DNA of 32,000 nucleotides, from positions 84,625 through 116,624 of the forward strand of contig NZ_JACJSE010000019.1 in NCBI RefSeq assembly GCF_014698045.1. Direction: 5' to 3'. Both the position numbers and the translations under genes were made by a program. Origin of the DNA: Aulosira sp. FACHB-615. Its GTDB lineage: Bacteria; Cyanobacteriota; Cyanobacteriia; Cyanobacteriales; Nostocaceae. The notes beneath the pieces are model-generated. The model saw nothing but the letters and a program-made list of their open reading frames with translations. It ran no database searches and was not told the DNA's origin. Within the stretch, counting starts at the first letter, position 1. Each line of letters begins with the position of its first letter. Positions 16,101 to 23,697 of this stretch are shown in pieces.

Positions 16101-16544
16101 CGTATTAGCTTTAATCAAAGAACGGTATCGTGCTTCACTCTGTTTTAAGGTTTTTGCAGATTCCTGATATGCTTTTTGAGTTTGTCTGAGGTCAGTAATA
16201 TCTTCCACACTCGACCAAATCAACTTCTCTCCATCTTGTTCAATTATGGCCGCAGAGATTCTCACCGGCACTAAATGTCCATCTTTGTGGATGTATTCTT
16301 TCTCATAAGACCCGTGGCGACCAGTTTTTGCTAAGTTTTCGATAATGGCTTGCTCAGTGGCAATATAACTCTCAGGAGTGATCTGCCAATTGTTGAGGTG
16401 GAGAGTTTCTGAAACAGTGCGCCCCAAAATCTCAGCGTAGGCGGAGTTAGTATGAATTAAAGTCCCATCTGTGCGGTAGAGTACCAGACCAACGGGACAT
16501 TTTTCCAAGAGATGACGGTTAAATTCGTCAAGTTGGCTAGACAT
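13173..16544 (-). CDS. Multi-PAS hybrid sensor histidine kinase with one full receiver domain and a C-terminal truncated pseudo-receiver
   Basis: 1123 aa. Several PAS/PAC modules are present (repeated WIAYTGQT...IHPDDR...YRYF...EWIGTCTDIHDRK). H-box FISTVSHELRTPLTSVLGF; HATPase N/G boxes (LINLISNAVKFT, DTGIGI, GTGLGLPICKQIV). REC1 has ILVVDDD...LLDVMMP...LTKP. REC2 (VLVVDKN...MIIIDS...) ends before the conserved Lys. Confidence 0.9.
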   Translation of the reverse strand: MSSQLDEFNRHLLEKCPVGLVLYRTDGTLIHTNSAYAEILGRTVSETLHLNNWQITPESYIATEQAIIENLAKTGRHGSYEKEYIHKDGHLVPVRISAAIIEQDGEKLIWSSVEDITDLRQTQKAYQESAKTLKQSEARYRSLIKANTQIVWVSSPEGICFELTDWIAYTGQTLAEAENGGWIDAVHPDDRGYTGEAWGIAVANLSQYQIEYRIRGEDGNYRYFWVWGAPVIEDDGNVKEWIGTCTDIHDRKLAEAENQRLKEKYRSLVAATSQIVWGATAEGLGISSEMITWIAYTGQTEEEVAGWGWIDPIHPDDRSQSQAAWNTAVANGSIYQTEYRLRGKDGVYRYFSVCGAPVFAADGSIREWIGTCTDIHDRKLAEAENQRLFDMLNHSSDAIIIRDMSDKVAYWNQGAERLYHWTREEVKDQYIYTFLKKVFPKPKAEITAELLQQGHWEGEVQHITHDDKIITVQSRWTLQRDAAGEPCAVLEINTDITARKQAEIALRQLNQELEARVAERTAALQDTLAEAQGLNAILDNLADGLLVVDISGQITHFNPAFLAMQGLTANMLQGNYQELAIAGLAHLIEQTQSHPQEVFAAEISLAKERIGQAVATAIFKQTTANEPATCFGSALLIRDITAEKEVDKMKTDFISTVSHELRTPLTSVLGFASIIKEKLETDVFPMLTSEDRKLQKTIKRVGDNLNIIVSEAERLTSLINDVLDIAKMEAGKVEWHMQPLDPGELLDWATTATAALFETHNLQLVSEIDSGLPQIVGDRNRLLQVLINLISNAVKFTQTGTVTCRVQQQHEGVCISIIDTGIGIAPEDQPKVFEKFRQVGDTLTDKPKGTGLGLPICKQIVEHHGGKIWVESEPGKGSTFSFLIPIYTKDDQNNGQINLEALVKQLKEHVITSNAVFNENRKTILVVDDDTNIRELLRQQLENEGYKVREAKDGMDAIHQIKIARPDLILLDVMMPQINGFDVAAVLKNDPQTADIPIIILSIIENKERGYHIGIDRYLTKPINTEQLRNEIGSLLSQGTSSKKVLVVDKNASTLKTLSDVLQTQGYSVIEASDPQECLHKARAAKPDMIIIDSIFSTETDLVKTLRFEKDLENVFFIMLADH

Positions 16545-16556
16545 ATTGAGAGTTTC

Positions 16557-18506
16557 CTAATTGTGGGTAGGGGCGGGACAAGCAAACCAGGACAATAAGG
16601 TGGAGTAAAGCTTTAAGGCAATGGGATGACGTTGGAAAATTTGATAAATTTCACTGGCGGAAGTTGTACTGACATCTGGACTTTGCCGTGACAGTCGCCG
16701 GATGATTTGACTGTGGCGAATCAGCATTTCATGGGATTTGAGCATATTGTTTGGAGAGGAAATGAAACCTTCTGCTGGGGATATCTTGGTTTTTTGGACA
16801 ACACTGTTCACGGCAAAATCTGTGATGTCTTGATACTTCTCAGCATGGGCTACCAAAGAATTAATTGGAATTTGAATCCAGAATTCTGTGCCTTGTCCAG
16901 GTTGAGAATGACACTGGAGAATTCCTTGGTGTCTCTCAACAATGACTTGGTAGCTGATGGCCATACCTAAGCCAGTGCCTTTACCAATTTCTTTGGTGGT
17001 GAAGAAGGGATCATAAATTCGTTGGATGATTTCTTCTTTCATCCCTGGGCCATTGTCAGCAATGCGAATCACAATCCACTGATGGTCTAGGGTTTGGGTG
17101 TGAATGGTGATTTGAGGTTGAGTTAATTGACTGTGGAAAATTGATTCTTCTAAAGCATCAATGGCATTTGCCAGGATGTTCATAAACACTTGATTTAACT
17201 GTCCGGGATAGCACTCTGTTGGGGGAAGTTGGGCATAGTTTTTGATCACTTGAATTTCTGGGCGATGGGAAGTCGCTTTCAGGCGATGGCGGAGAATCAT
17301 CAGCGTCCCTTCTATACCGTCGTGGATGTTGACGGTTTTGATTTGGGCTTCGTCGTGGCGGGAGAAGTTTTTCAGGGATTTGACAATTTCTACAATGCGA
17401 TCGCTCCCTAGTTTCATAGAATCTAGTAGTTTGGGCAAATCCTCACTGATAAACTCCACATCGATATTTTCAACCTCTGATGCCAACTCAGCCGACACCA
17501 CAGGAAAATTCTTCTGATACTCTTGTAATAAGTGCAGTAAGTCTTCTGCATACTCAGAAACACAGCGCAAGTTGCCACAAATAAAGTTAACCGGATTGTT
17601 GATTTCGTGGGCAACACCGGCTATTAGTTGTCCCAAACTGGACATTTTCTCACTTTGAATTAACTGGGTTTGCGCCAGTTGCAAATCTTGTAAAGCCTGC
17701 TGGAGTTTTTCTGTTTGGGCTTTGGCTTGGGCGGTTGCTTGGGTGCTTTGTTCATACAGCACGGCTTTTTCAATGGCGACTGCGGTTTGAGAAGCAAAAA
17801 TACTCACCAGTTTGAGATGTCCGGCTGTATATGCGTCGATTTGATTTGTCCCCAGAGCGATCGCACCTAGTATCCGTTCTTTGGCACGCAGGGGAACACA
17901 AATCAGCCCATGAATGTTTTTCTCATCTCCTAAGCGTGGATCAGTTTGCACATCATTAATCAGTTCTGCACGCCCAGATTGGATAATGTGACCAATAATG
18001 CCTGTGGTCGAGGGAATTAGACTCTGCTCAAATAAATTCCCAAATTGGGCAATTACTTCTAAAGTTGCGGCATCTTCACTCAGCAATAAAATCGTCCCCG
18101 CAGATGATTCAATTAATTGACTTATTTCCTGAAGCACGAGTTGGGCAATTTGTTTGGTATCTAAACTCGTTGTTAGTTGTGTCGATATATCTTGAAATAA
18201 ATCAATTTCCTGATATCGCTCTAGTAATTCTTTCGCTAGTTCTTTTTTTTCGGCTTCTTGTTTGGCTAACAGCGACAGTAAGGCTGCAACTGTATGTATT
18301 TGTTCTGTCCCAACTACCCAACCAATGTTTTTTCCAGCAATCTCAATCGGATACCGGTTGTTTGTCGTTTGCGTACCAATACTGAGCAATGGTGTACCAT
18401 CTAACAGTTCAATCTGAATAGCACTGTTGAGTTGATTGGCTAAGTTCTGAAGCAGGGATAATAATTCTTTTTTGTTCAGAATTTTTCTTAGGCTAATGAT
18501 AGACAT
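16557..18506 (-). CDS. GAF-domain sensor histidine kinase
   Basis: 649 aa with a GAF-like segment (GTILLLSEDAATLEV...LICVPLRAKERILGAIALG) and a coiled-coil linker. H-box AGVAHEINNPVNFICGN and ATPase motifs (NILANAIDAL, DNGPGM, GTGLGMAISYQVI). About 100 aa of unassigned C-terminal tail. Its stop lies 12 nt upstream of the next kinase's start. Confidence 0.85.
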   Translation of the reverse strand: MSIISLRKILNKKELLSLLQNLANQLNSAIQIELLDGTPLLSIGTQTTNNRYPIEIAGKNIGWVVGTEQIHTVAALLSLLAKQEAEKKELAKELLERYQEIDLFQDISTQLTTSLDTKQIAQLVLQEISQLIESSAGTILLLSEDAATLEVIAQFGNLFEQSLIPSTTGIIGHIIQSGRAELINDVQTDPRLGDEKNIHGLICVPLRAKERILGAIALGTNQIDAYTAGHLKLVSIFASQTAVAIEKAVLYEQSTQATAQAKAQTEKLQQALQDLQLAQTQLIQSEKMSSLGQLIAGVAHEINNPVNFICGNLRCVSEYAEDLLHLLQEYQKNFPVVSAELASEVENIDVEFISEDLPKLLDSMKLGSDRIVEIVKSLKNFSRHDEAQIKTVNIHDGIEGTLMILRHRLKATSHRPEIQVIKNYAQLPPTECYPGQLNQVFMNILANAIDALEESIFHSQLTQPQITIHTQTLDHQWIVIRIADNGPGMKEEIIQRIYDPFFTTKEIGKGTGLGMAISYQVIVERHQGILQCHSQPGQGTEFWIQIPINSLVAHAEKYQDITDFAVNSVVQKTKISPAEGFISSPNNMLKSHEMLIRHSQIIRRLSRQSPDVSTTSASEIYQIFQRHPIALKLYSTLLSWFACPAPTHN

Positions 18507-18705
18507 ATCTCACCTCCTCTAAAGAACTTGGATATTTACCCGTGAGCCAACCAAGCAAGTGAGGAATTTTAGCCAATCCTGCTGCTAAGTTTTTGCTTTG
18601 TAGCAGTTGGATATTTCGTTCAAGGTGTACATTTTTGGGAAAAATCAAGCCTTGAATGTACAAGTTCTTGAGAATTGTCAGGCGATCGCGTGTAAATACT
18701 TCCAT
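18493..18705 (-). CDS. Hypothetical 70-aa ORF overlapping the kinase start by 14 nt (possibly the tail of a decayed gene)
   Basis: The ORF is open: MEVFTRDRLTILKNLYIQGLIFPKNVHLERNIQLLQSKNLAAGLAKIPHLLGWLTGKYPSSLEEVRYVYH. I recognise no motif. Protein-like fragments in other frames lie just upstream (see findings). Confidence 0.25.
   Translation of the reverse strand: MEVFTRDRLTILKNLYIQGLIFPKNVHLERNIQLLQSKNLAAGLAKIPHLLGWLTGKYPSSLEEVRYVYH
18511..18519 (-). promoter_or_regulatory. Shine-Dalgarno sequence for the GAF histidine kinase
   Basis: The minus strand reads GAGGAGGTG-agat-ATG, giving 4-nt spacing to the ATG at 18506. Confidence 0.6.
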
Positions 18706-19095
18706 AAACTGTGGGAAAACAATGGGGAATTAGTCAGCACAGCGAATACCCGATCAACTAAAGTACGACCCCCAGCATCAATCTTCCTAGCAATGATCTA
18801 GTCAGTAATTTGCACCGTTGCATCAAAGTGACCATTGATATACTTAGGAACTTTCATCACCGTCTAGGGATCTCATCTTGCTCAATTAAGACTAGTCTTC
18901 CCAGAAATGTTAGTTGTATAACTATTAGGTAGATATTGATGATTTTTCCCAGCAGTCAAGCTCTTTGTTAATCACCGATTTCTGAATTTTAATATTTATT
19001 AAGCAACTTGATGTTAAATTTATCTGTCCACTTACGAATTGCTTGACTACACTTAGAAATTAGCAACTGCATTGCTGTCCTTAAGCGTAATTATT

Positions 19096-20301
19096 ATGAA
19101 TTTATCTTTGAAGCAACTGGCTATTTACTTATCTTTACTATTGGTTGGTGGTGGTGCAGGTCTATTTGGTAGTCGCTATCTCCTGACGCAAAATCGCTCA
19201 TTTCGAGAGTTAAGAAATGTAACAGCAGCTTTACCTCCAGAATCTGCCACTCCCTCTGCCCCTAGTGGTAGTTTGGGAGCGACTGGTGGAGATAATGTGA
19301 ATTTTATTGCTACAGCAGTGCAGAAAGTCGGCCCGGCTGTAGTCCGCATTAATGCAACTCGAAAAGTCGCAAATCCCATCTCTGACGCTTTAAAAAACCC
19401 CCTCTTGCGCCGCTTTTTTGGTGATGAAGAACAAGCCATTCCCCAGGAACGGATTGAACGCGGCACAGGTTCAGGATTTATTTTGAGTCAAAAAGGTGAA
19501 TTACTGACAAATGCCCATGTAGTTGCTGATACAGATACAGTCCAAGTCACCCTCAAGGATGGTCGGACTTTTGAGGGCAAAGTTATAGGTATTGATACGA
19601 TTACAGATGTAGCGGTTGTGAAAATTCCTGGTGATAAATTGCCGACGGTGAAGCTGGGCAATTCGCAAAATTTGATTCCTGGACAATGGGCGATCGCTAT
19701 TGGCAATCCTCTGGGTTTAGATAACACTGTTACCATCGGCATTATCAGCGCCACTGACCGCACCAGCGCCCAAGTTGGTGTACCAGATAAACGTGTAAGT
19801 TTCATCCAAACTGATGCAGCTATTAACCCTGGCAATTCTGGCGGGCCATTGTTAAACGCCCAAGGTGAAGTTATCGGCGTAAATACCGCCATTCGTGCTG
19901 ATGCCCAAGGATTAGGTTTTGCCATTCCAATTGAAACCGCCGCCCGTGTGGCTAAAGAATTATTTACTAAAGGGCGGGTAGATCATCCTTTTTTGGGAAT
20001 TGAAATGGCAGACTTAAACCCCACTAAAAAGCAGCAAATTAATCTCGAAAACAAACTCAACATCAAACAAGATTCTGGCGTGGTGATTAAGGGCGTATTA
20101 GATAACTCGCCAGCAAAACGGGCTGGTCTGCTTCCTGGTGACATAATTCAAAAAGTGAACGCAAAACCAGTTAAAACAGCCGCCCAAGTGCAGAAGCTAG
20201 TAGAATCCAGCACAGTCGGCGATATCCTCGTACTTGAAATCAACCGCAGTGGCAAAATACAGACTTTAAAAGTGCAGTCAGGTGTCTATCCGAAAAAATA
20301 G
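19096..20301 (+). CDS. Deg/HtrA-family serine protease with PDZ domain (HhoA/HhoB/HtrA type)
   Basis: Signal-anchor MNLSLKQLAIYLSLLLVGGGAGLF. Catalytic His in LLTNAHVV, Asp in DVAVVKI and Ser in GNSGGPLLN. C-terminal PDZ (GVVIKGVLDNSPAKRAGLLPGDIIQKVNAKPV). ATG 19096 is preferred over the track's TTG at 19072. Confidence 0.9.
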   Translation: MNLSLKQLAIYLSLLLVGGGAGLFGSRYLLTQNRSFRELRNVTAALPPESATPSAPSGSLGATGGDNVNFIATAVQKVGPAVVRINATRKVANPISDALKNPLLRRFFGDEEQAIPQERIERGTGSGFILSQKGELLTNAHVVADTDTVQVTLKDGRTFEGKVIGIDTITDVAVVKIPGDKLPTVKLGNSQNLIPGQWAIAIGNPLGLDNTVTIGIISATDRTSAQVGVPDKRVSFIQTDAAINPGNSGGPLLNAQGEVIGVNTAIRADAQGLGFAIPIETAARVAKELFTKGRVDHPFLGIEMADLNPTKKQQINLENKLNIKQDSGVVIKGVLDNSPAKRAGLLPGDIIQKVNAKPVKTAAQVQKLVESSTVGDILVLEINRSGKIQTLKVQSGVYPKK

Positions 20302-20312
20302 TCAATCGTCCA

Positions 20313-20350
20313 AGATTTTAGATTTTGGACTTTTCACCAATCTAAAATCT
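20313..20350. terminator. Perfect 12-bp hairpin between convergent genes (candidate bidirectional terminator)
   Basis: agattttagatt (20313-20324) and aatctaaaatct (20339-20350) flank a 14-nt loop. The stem is AT-rich and there is no separate U tract. Confidence 0.4.
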
Positions 20351-20358
20351 AAAATTGA

Positions 20359-20706
20359 CTATTGCCCCTCAGACAAGTAATCTAACTGCATTCTTTGTTC
20401 CATCTGCCGTAAGAAATACCCCGTCATCATTGCTGATGCTAATAGCCCAGCCAGATTTTCTCTGTCTGTCGTAATTTGCACGTTGAAGTTTTCTGCGGGT
20501 AGCATTCCCACTAGCCCTTGGACGTTTTGGGAAATTATTTGCTTAATTTCAGGGCTGACAGACTGGGCGACACGCGCTAACACATCAGGCGACTGATGCT
20601 GCAAATACTGGAGTAACTGATTGGGATTTTCCTCAAAGTTCTCGCCTAGAAGTTGATTCGGGTGTTCCTCGGAGTTGTCATTCAAAAAGTCAGGGTCAAA
20701 CACCAT
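20359..20706 (-). CDS. DUF760-family protein (cyanobacteria/chloroplast-lineage conserved)
   Basis: 115 aa. LLQYLQHQSPDVLARVAQSVSPEIKQIISQNVQGLVGMLP...FNVQITTDRENLAGLLASAMMTGYFLRQMEQRMQLD matches my recollection of the DUF760 signature. Confidence 0.65.
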   Translation of the reverse strand: MVFDPDFLNDNSEEHPNQLLGENFEENPNQLLQYLQHQSPDVLARVAQSVSPEIKQIISQNVQGLVGMLPAENFNVQITTDRENLAGLLASAMMTGYFLRQMEQRMQLDYLSEGQ

Positions 20707-20826
20707 TGGCAGTCTTTTTTAGCTTAGTTGCTAATTCTACTCTAAACCATAGTACAAGGGTAGCGTCTTTTCCACAGGTATGGGTTTTATATCCAGGACT
20801 TAGCGCCAAGGTTGTATGTGAAGAAT

Positions 20827-20889
20827 GGGTGTAAGGGTATAGGGGTATAAGGGTTTTTAAAACCTACACCCTTACACCCCTATACCCCT
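20827..20889. repeat. Palindromic small element, family 'gggtgtaagggt...acccttacaccc', copy 1
   Basis: gggtgtaagggtataggggtataagggtttttaaaacctacacccttacacccctatacccc. It is preceded by agaatg, as is copy 2 at 30207-30313. Confidence 0.7.
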
Positions 20890-20919
20890 TAAGTCTTACT
20901 AACCTGTCACCTGTCACCT

Positions 20920-21495
20920 CTAACCTGTTACCTCTTCTACCTCATCTTCAATAGCTAGGTCTAATTCTAGTTGCTGTTCTTTAGTGTCAAATGGTTGGGG
21001 GAGTTGTTCGATTTGGAAGTACTGATGAAATTTTGGTGTTACTTGTAGCGAGTAAGAACGGGATTCGTTATCTCGGCGTTTCTTGACAAAACCAAGTTCG
21101 ACTAATTCTTGAACATGCTGATACGCACCTGAACCCCGGAGGTTAATCAAGTCGCTTTGCAAAATTGGACTATTGAGAGCGATCGCCGCTAAACTCCTCA
21201 ATGCGCCTACTCCCAATTCTACCGGAATCAGTGTTTGTACTAAATCTTGAAAATCAGTTCTTAGTTGCAGGCTGTAACCATCTGTGGTTTCAACAACTTC
21301 TAAGGCGCTATCTCTTCGGGCGTAACTATCTATCAGTTCGATTATGCCTTCTTGGGCAGTGGCGCGATCGCAAGCTGCATATTCGGCTATTTCACTGAGA
21401 GATAAAGGCTTACCCTTCAAATAGAGAATTGCTTCAATTTTAGTCGCTGTCTTGGTCGCGGTGGCTGTTTTCATTGGGTGTGAGTCAATGGTCAA
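20920..21495 (-). CDS. scpB: SMC-Scp complex subunit ScpB (segregation and condensation protein B)
   Basis: 191 aa. IEAILYLKGKPLSLSEIA, ALEVVETTDGYSLQ and LSLAAIALNSPILQSDLINLRGSGAYQHVQELVELGFV are typical tandem winged-helix ScpB motifs. The true start may be Met8 (21474), because the first 7 codons lie in STRR sequence. Confidence 0.8.
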   Translation of the reverse strand: MTIDSHPMKTATATKTATKIEAILYLKGKPLSLSEIAEYAACDRATAQEGIIELIDSYARRDSALEVVETTDGYSLQLRTDFQDLVQTLIPVELGVGALRSLAAIALNSPILQSDLINLRGSGAYQHVQELVELGFVKKRRDNESRSYSLQVTPKFHQYFQIEQLPQPFDTKEQQLELDLAIEDEVEEVTG

Positions 21496-21498
21496 TAG

Positions 21499-21555
21499 TG
21501 AGCCAGCGCGGTCTTGGGGGTTCCCCCTATGAGCGACTGGCGAACCCCGAAGGGG
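21499..21555 (+). mobile_element. Small hairpin element, family 'GGTGAGCCAnnGCG...CCCGAAGGG', copy 1
   Basis: tgagccagcgcggtcttgggggttccccctatgagcgactggcgaaccccgaagggg, flanked on both sides by ggtcaatag. Confidence 0.6.
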
Positions 21556-21610
21556 TCAATAGTCAATAGTTATTAGTCATTGGTCACTGACAACTGATGA
21601 CTAGTAACTG
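21555..21610. repeat. STRR-type heptamer array (gtcaata/gtcattg/gtcactg-type, 8 units)
   Basis: gtcaata gtcaata gttatta gtcattg gtcactg acaactg atgacta gtaactg read directly. It resembles the classical heterocystous-cyanobacterial STRR motif TTGGTCA / TGACCAA. Confidence 0.8.
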
Positions 21611-21724
21611 ACGATTAACAAGTGTGTGGGATCATACTTGATTTTGTTGCAAAAGTCAAAAATTTCCTTAACAATTCTTCACATTCTCCTAATCTCCCTT
21701 GTCCCCCTTGTCCCCCTGTCTCCC

Positions 21725-22408
21725 TCACCCTCCCCGATGACTGATAATAAATTCAGCGATCGCTAAATCCTGGGGAGTAGTAACTTTTAAATTCGTCTCC
21801 TCACCTGGAACAATTCGCACTTCAATACCACATCTTTCAAATAACGCTGCATCGTCCGTCACTTCCCAACCTTGACGAATACCTTCGGCGTGGCACTGTT
21901 TCAATAACTGGACATTAAATCCTTGGGGAGTTTGGGCAGCCCACAAATGTTGTCGGTCAGGCGTACTTTGAATTATGCCAGTTTCATCAACAATTTTAAT
22001 CGTGTCTTTCACTGGTATAGCTGCAATTAACCCAGCACAATGGCGAATTGCTGCTGCACAAGCATTTAGCAAATTTGGTGTAGCCAAACATCTAGCACCA
22101 TCATGAATTAATACTTGTTCTGCTTCTGGTGGTAACGCTTGCAAGCCGTTGTAAACCGACTCTTGCCGAGTACTACCACCAATGATAAATTCCACAGGTT
22201 TAGTCAGCGACAAATCAGCAATGATATTTTTAAAGTCAGGCCAGTCACTAGGCTGAGAAATAATTCCTATCCAACTAATAGAACTTGCTGCTTCCGCCGC
22301 TAACAAAGTCCAAGCAATAATCGGTTTTGACTGTACCTCAAGAAAAAGTTTATTGCGGTTACTACCCATTCTTTTACCGACACCGGCAGCAGGAATTAAT
22401 AAATACAC
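21725..22408 (-). CDS. ispD: 2-C-methyl-D-erythritol 4-phosphate cytidylyltransferase
   Basis: 227 aa. N-terminal LIPAAGVGKRMG signature, plus VLIHDGARC and WAAQTPQGF motifs. Confidence 0.9.
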   Translation of the reverse strand: MYLLIPAAGVGKRMGSNRNKLFLEVQSKPIIAWTLLAAEAASSISWIGIISQPSDWPDFKNIIADLSLTKPVEFIIGGSTRQESVYNGLQALPPEAEQVLIHDGARCLATPNLLNACAAAIRHCAGLIAAIPVKDTIKIVDETGIIQSTPDRQHLWAAQTPQGFNVQLLKQCHAEGIRQGWEVTDDAALFERCGIEVRIVPGEETNLKVTTPQDLAIAEFIISHRGG

Positions 22409-22432
22409 AAGCGTCCTCGATGAGAAAACTAA

Positions 22433-22460
22433 AGGTTAGAGGTTACAGGTTAGAGGTTAG
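22433..22460. repeat. STRR-type heptamer array (aggttag x4)
   Basis: aggttag aggttac aggttag aggttag, the same unit as at 1745-1765. Confidence 0.8.
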
Positions 22461-22489
22461 AGATTTATAGAGGCATTTTGAACCTAGTC

Positions 22490-22599
22490 CTAGTACAGTT
22501 CGGCGTAAATAAACCGACCATAAGGAATTGCTAAAAAGCTTGTAGTATCCGTATTTTTTCTTTTTCCTTTTGACCTTTTACTTTTGCCTTTTTGTACTA
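22490..22599. mobile_element. MITE-like element, family 'ctagtaca...tgtacta', copy B (uninterrupted)
   Basis: ctagtacagttcggcgtaaataaaccgaccataaggaattgctaaaaagcttgtagtatccgtattttttctttttccttttgaccttttacttttgcctttttgtacta, collinear with 12943-13154. Confidence 0.7.
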
Positions 22600-22692
22600 C
22601 TCCCTACTCACCACTCCCATCACTACAAAAATAAAAAGGGGATGCCCCCGGAAGCACCCCCAAAAAATTTGACACAAACACTGCTGTTTTGT

Positions 22693-23697
22693 TTAGACTT
22701 GAACTGCTAGTTTTGCTTCCTTTGATGTTAAACGTTCGTAGGTGGCACGCATTTTTAGACCTGTCAGCACTTGGAACAAACCAGTTCCATTGTTAGAACC
22801 AGGATACTCACGGTGTTGGAGTAACAAGTGAGTCATTTCACCTTCGTACTTGGTGGATGTGTTGCTGAGATGGTTTTCGATGTAGATGATTTCTTCTAGG
22901 TTGTCAAATTGACCATCTACTTCGAGTACTGAGACATAGCGGCCATAGTAAACATCGGAACCATAGTACAGTTGCATACCTGGATAGGAACAGGTAAGCT
23001 TGCGTCCACAAGGAGTCCAGTTAATGGTGGAACCTTCATCAAATAAGTAAACAGGAGTGAATCCTTCTTTACCTTCGCGTTGCAACATCCGTACCCGCAA
23101 AACTTTGCGTTCGGTGTCGTTTTTGATGAGGTTTGTGGGCAGTACTTGGAGAACTACGTCAGCGAATTCTCTTTGGGGTTCGATATATTTTGTAAAGTCA
23201 GGTTTACGAGAGTTGATAGCAGCTAAAACATCTTCGTAGCGATGGCCTCTTTCTGCCATATCGCGTTGAATCTTCCAAGCAATTTTAACTTCATCGCTGA
23301 TATCAAAATAAACGCTGAAATCAAGGAGCGATCGCACCCGTTCATCATATAAAGGATGTAGACCTTCAACCACAATAATGTGATTTGGTTCTACTATTTC
23401 TGGGGGATCAATCAGGCCGGTTTCGTGGTTATAAATCGGCTTATTAATGGTTTGACCTTCTTTGAGAGCTTTAATTTGCTCATACATCAAGTCAAAATTG
23501 TTTGCCCTGGGGTCAAGTGCAGTTATCCCAGTTTCTTTGCGCTGTTTGCGATCTAAGCAATGATAGTCATCCAAACAGATAACTGTCATAAACTCTTCGC
23601 CAAACAAGTCTATTAAACGACGCAAAAAAGTAGATTTGCCGCACCCGGAGTCTCCGGCTACTCCAATTAGTACCACGCGTTCCGGCTTACTTGTCAT
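22693..23697 (-). CDS. prk: Phosphoribulokinase
   Basis: 334 aa. P-loop GVAGDSGCGKSTF, then the LDDYH and EGLHPLYDERVRSLLDFSVYFDISDEVKIAWKIQRD motifs of class II (cyanobacterial/plant) PRK. Confidence 0.92.
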   Translation of the reverse strand: MTSKPERVVLIGVAGDSGCGKSTFLRRLIDLFGEEFMTVICLDDYHCLDRKQRKETGITALDPRANNFDLMYEQIKALKEGQTINKPIYNHETGLIDPPEIVEPNHIIVVEGLHPLYDERVRSLLDFSVYFDISDEVKIAWKIQRDMAERGHRYEDVLAAINSRKPDFTKYIEPQREFADVVLQVLPTNLIKNDTERKVLRVRMLQREGKEGFTPVYLFDEGSTINWTPCGRKLTCSYPGMQLYYGSDVYYGRYVSVLEVDGQFDNLEEIIYIENHLSNTSTKYEGEMTHLLLQHREYPGSNNGTGLFQVLTGLKMRATYERLTSKEAKLAVQV

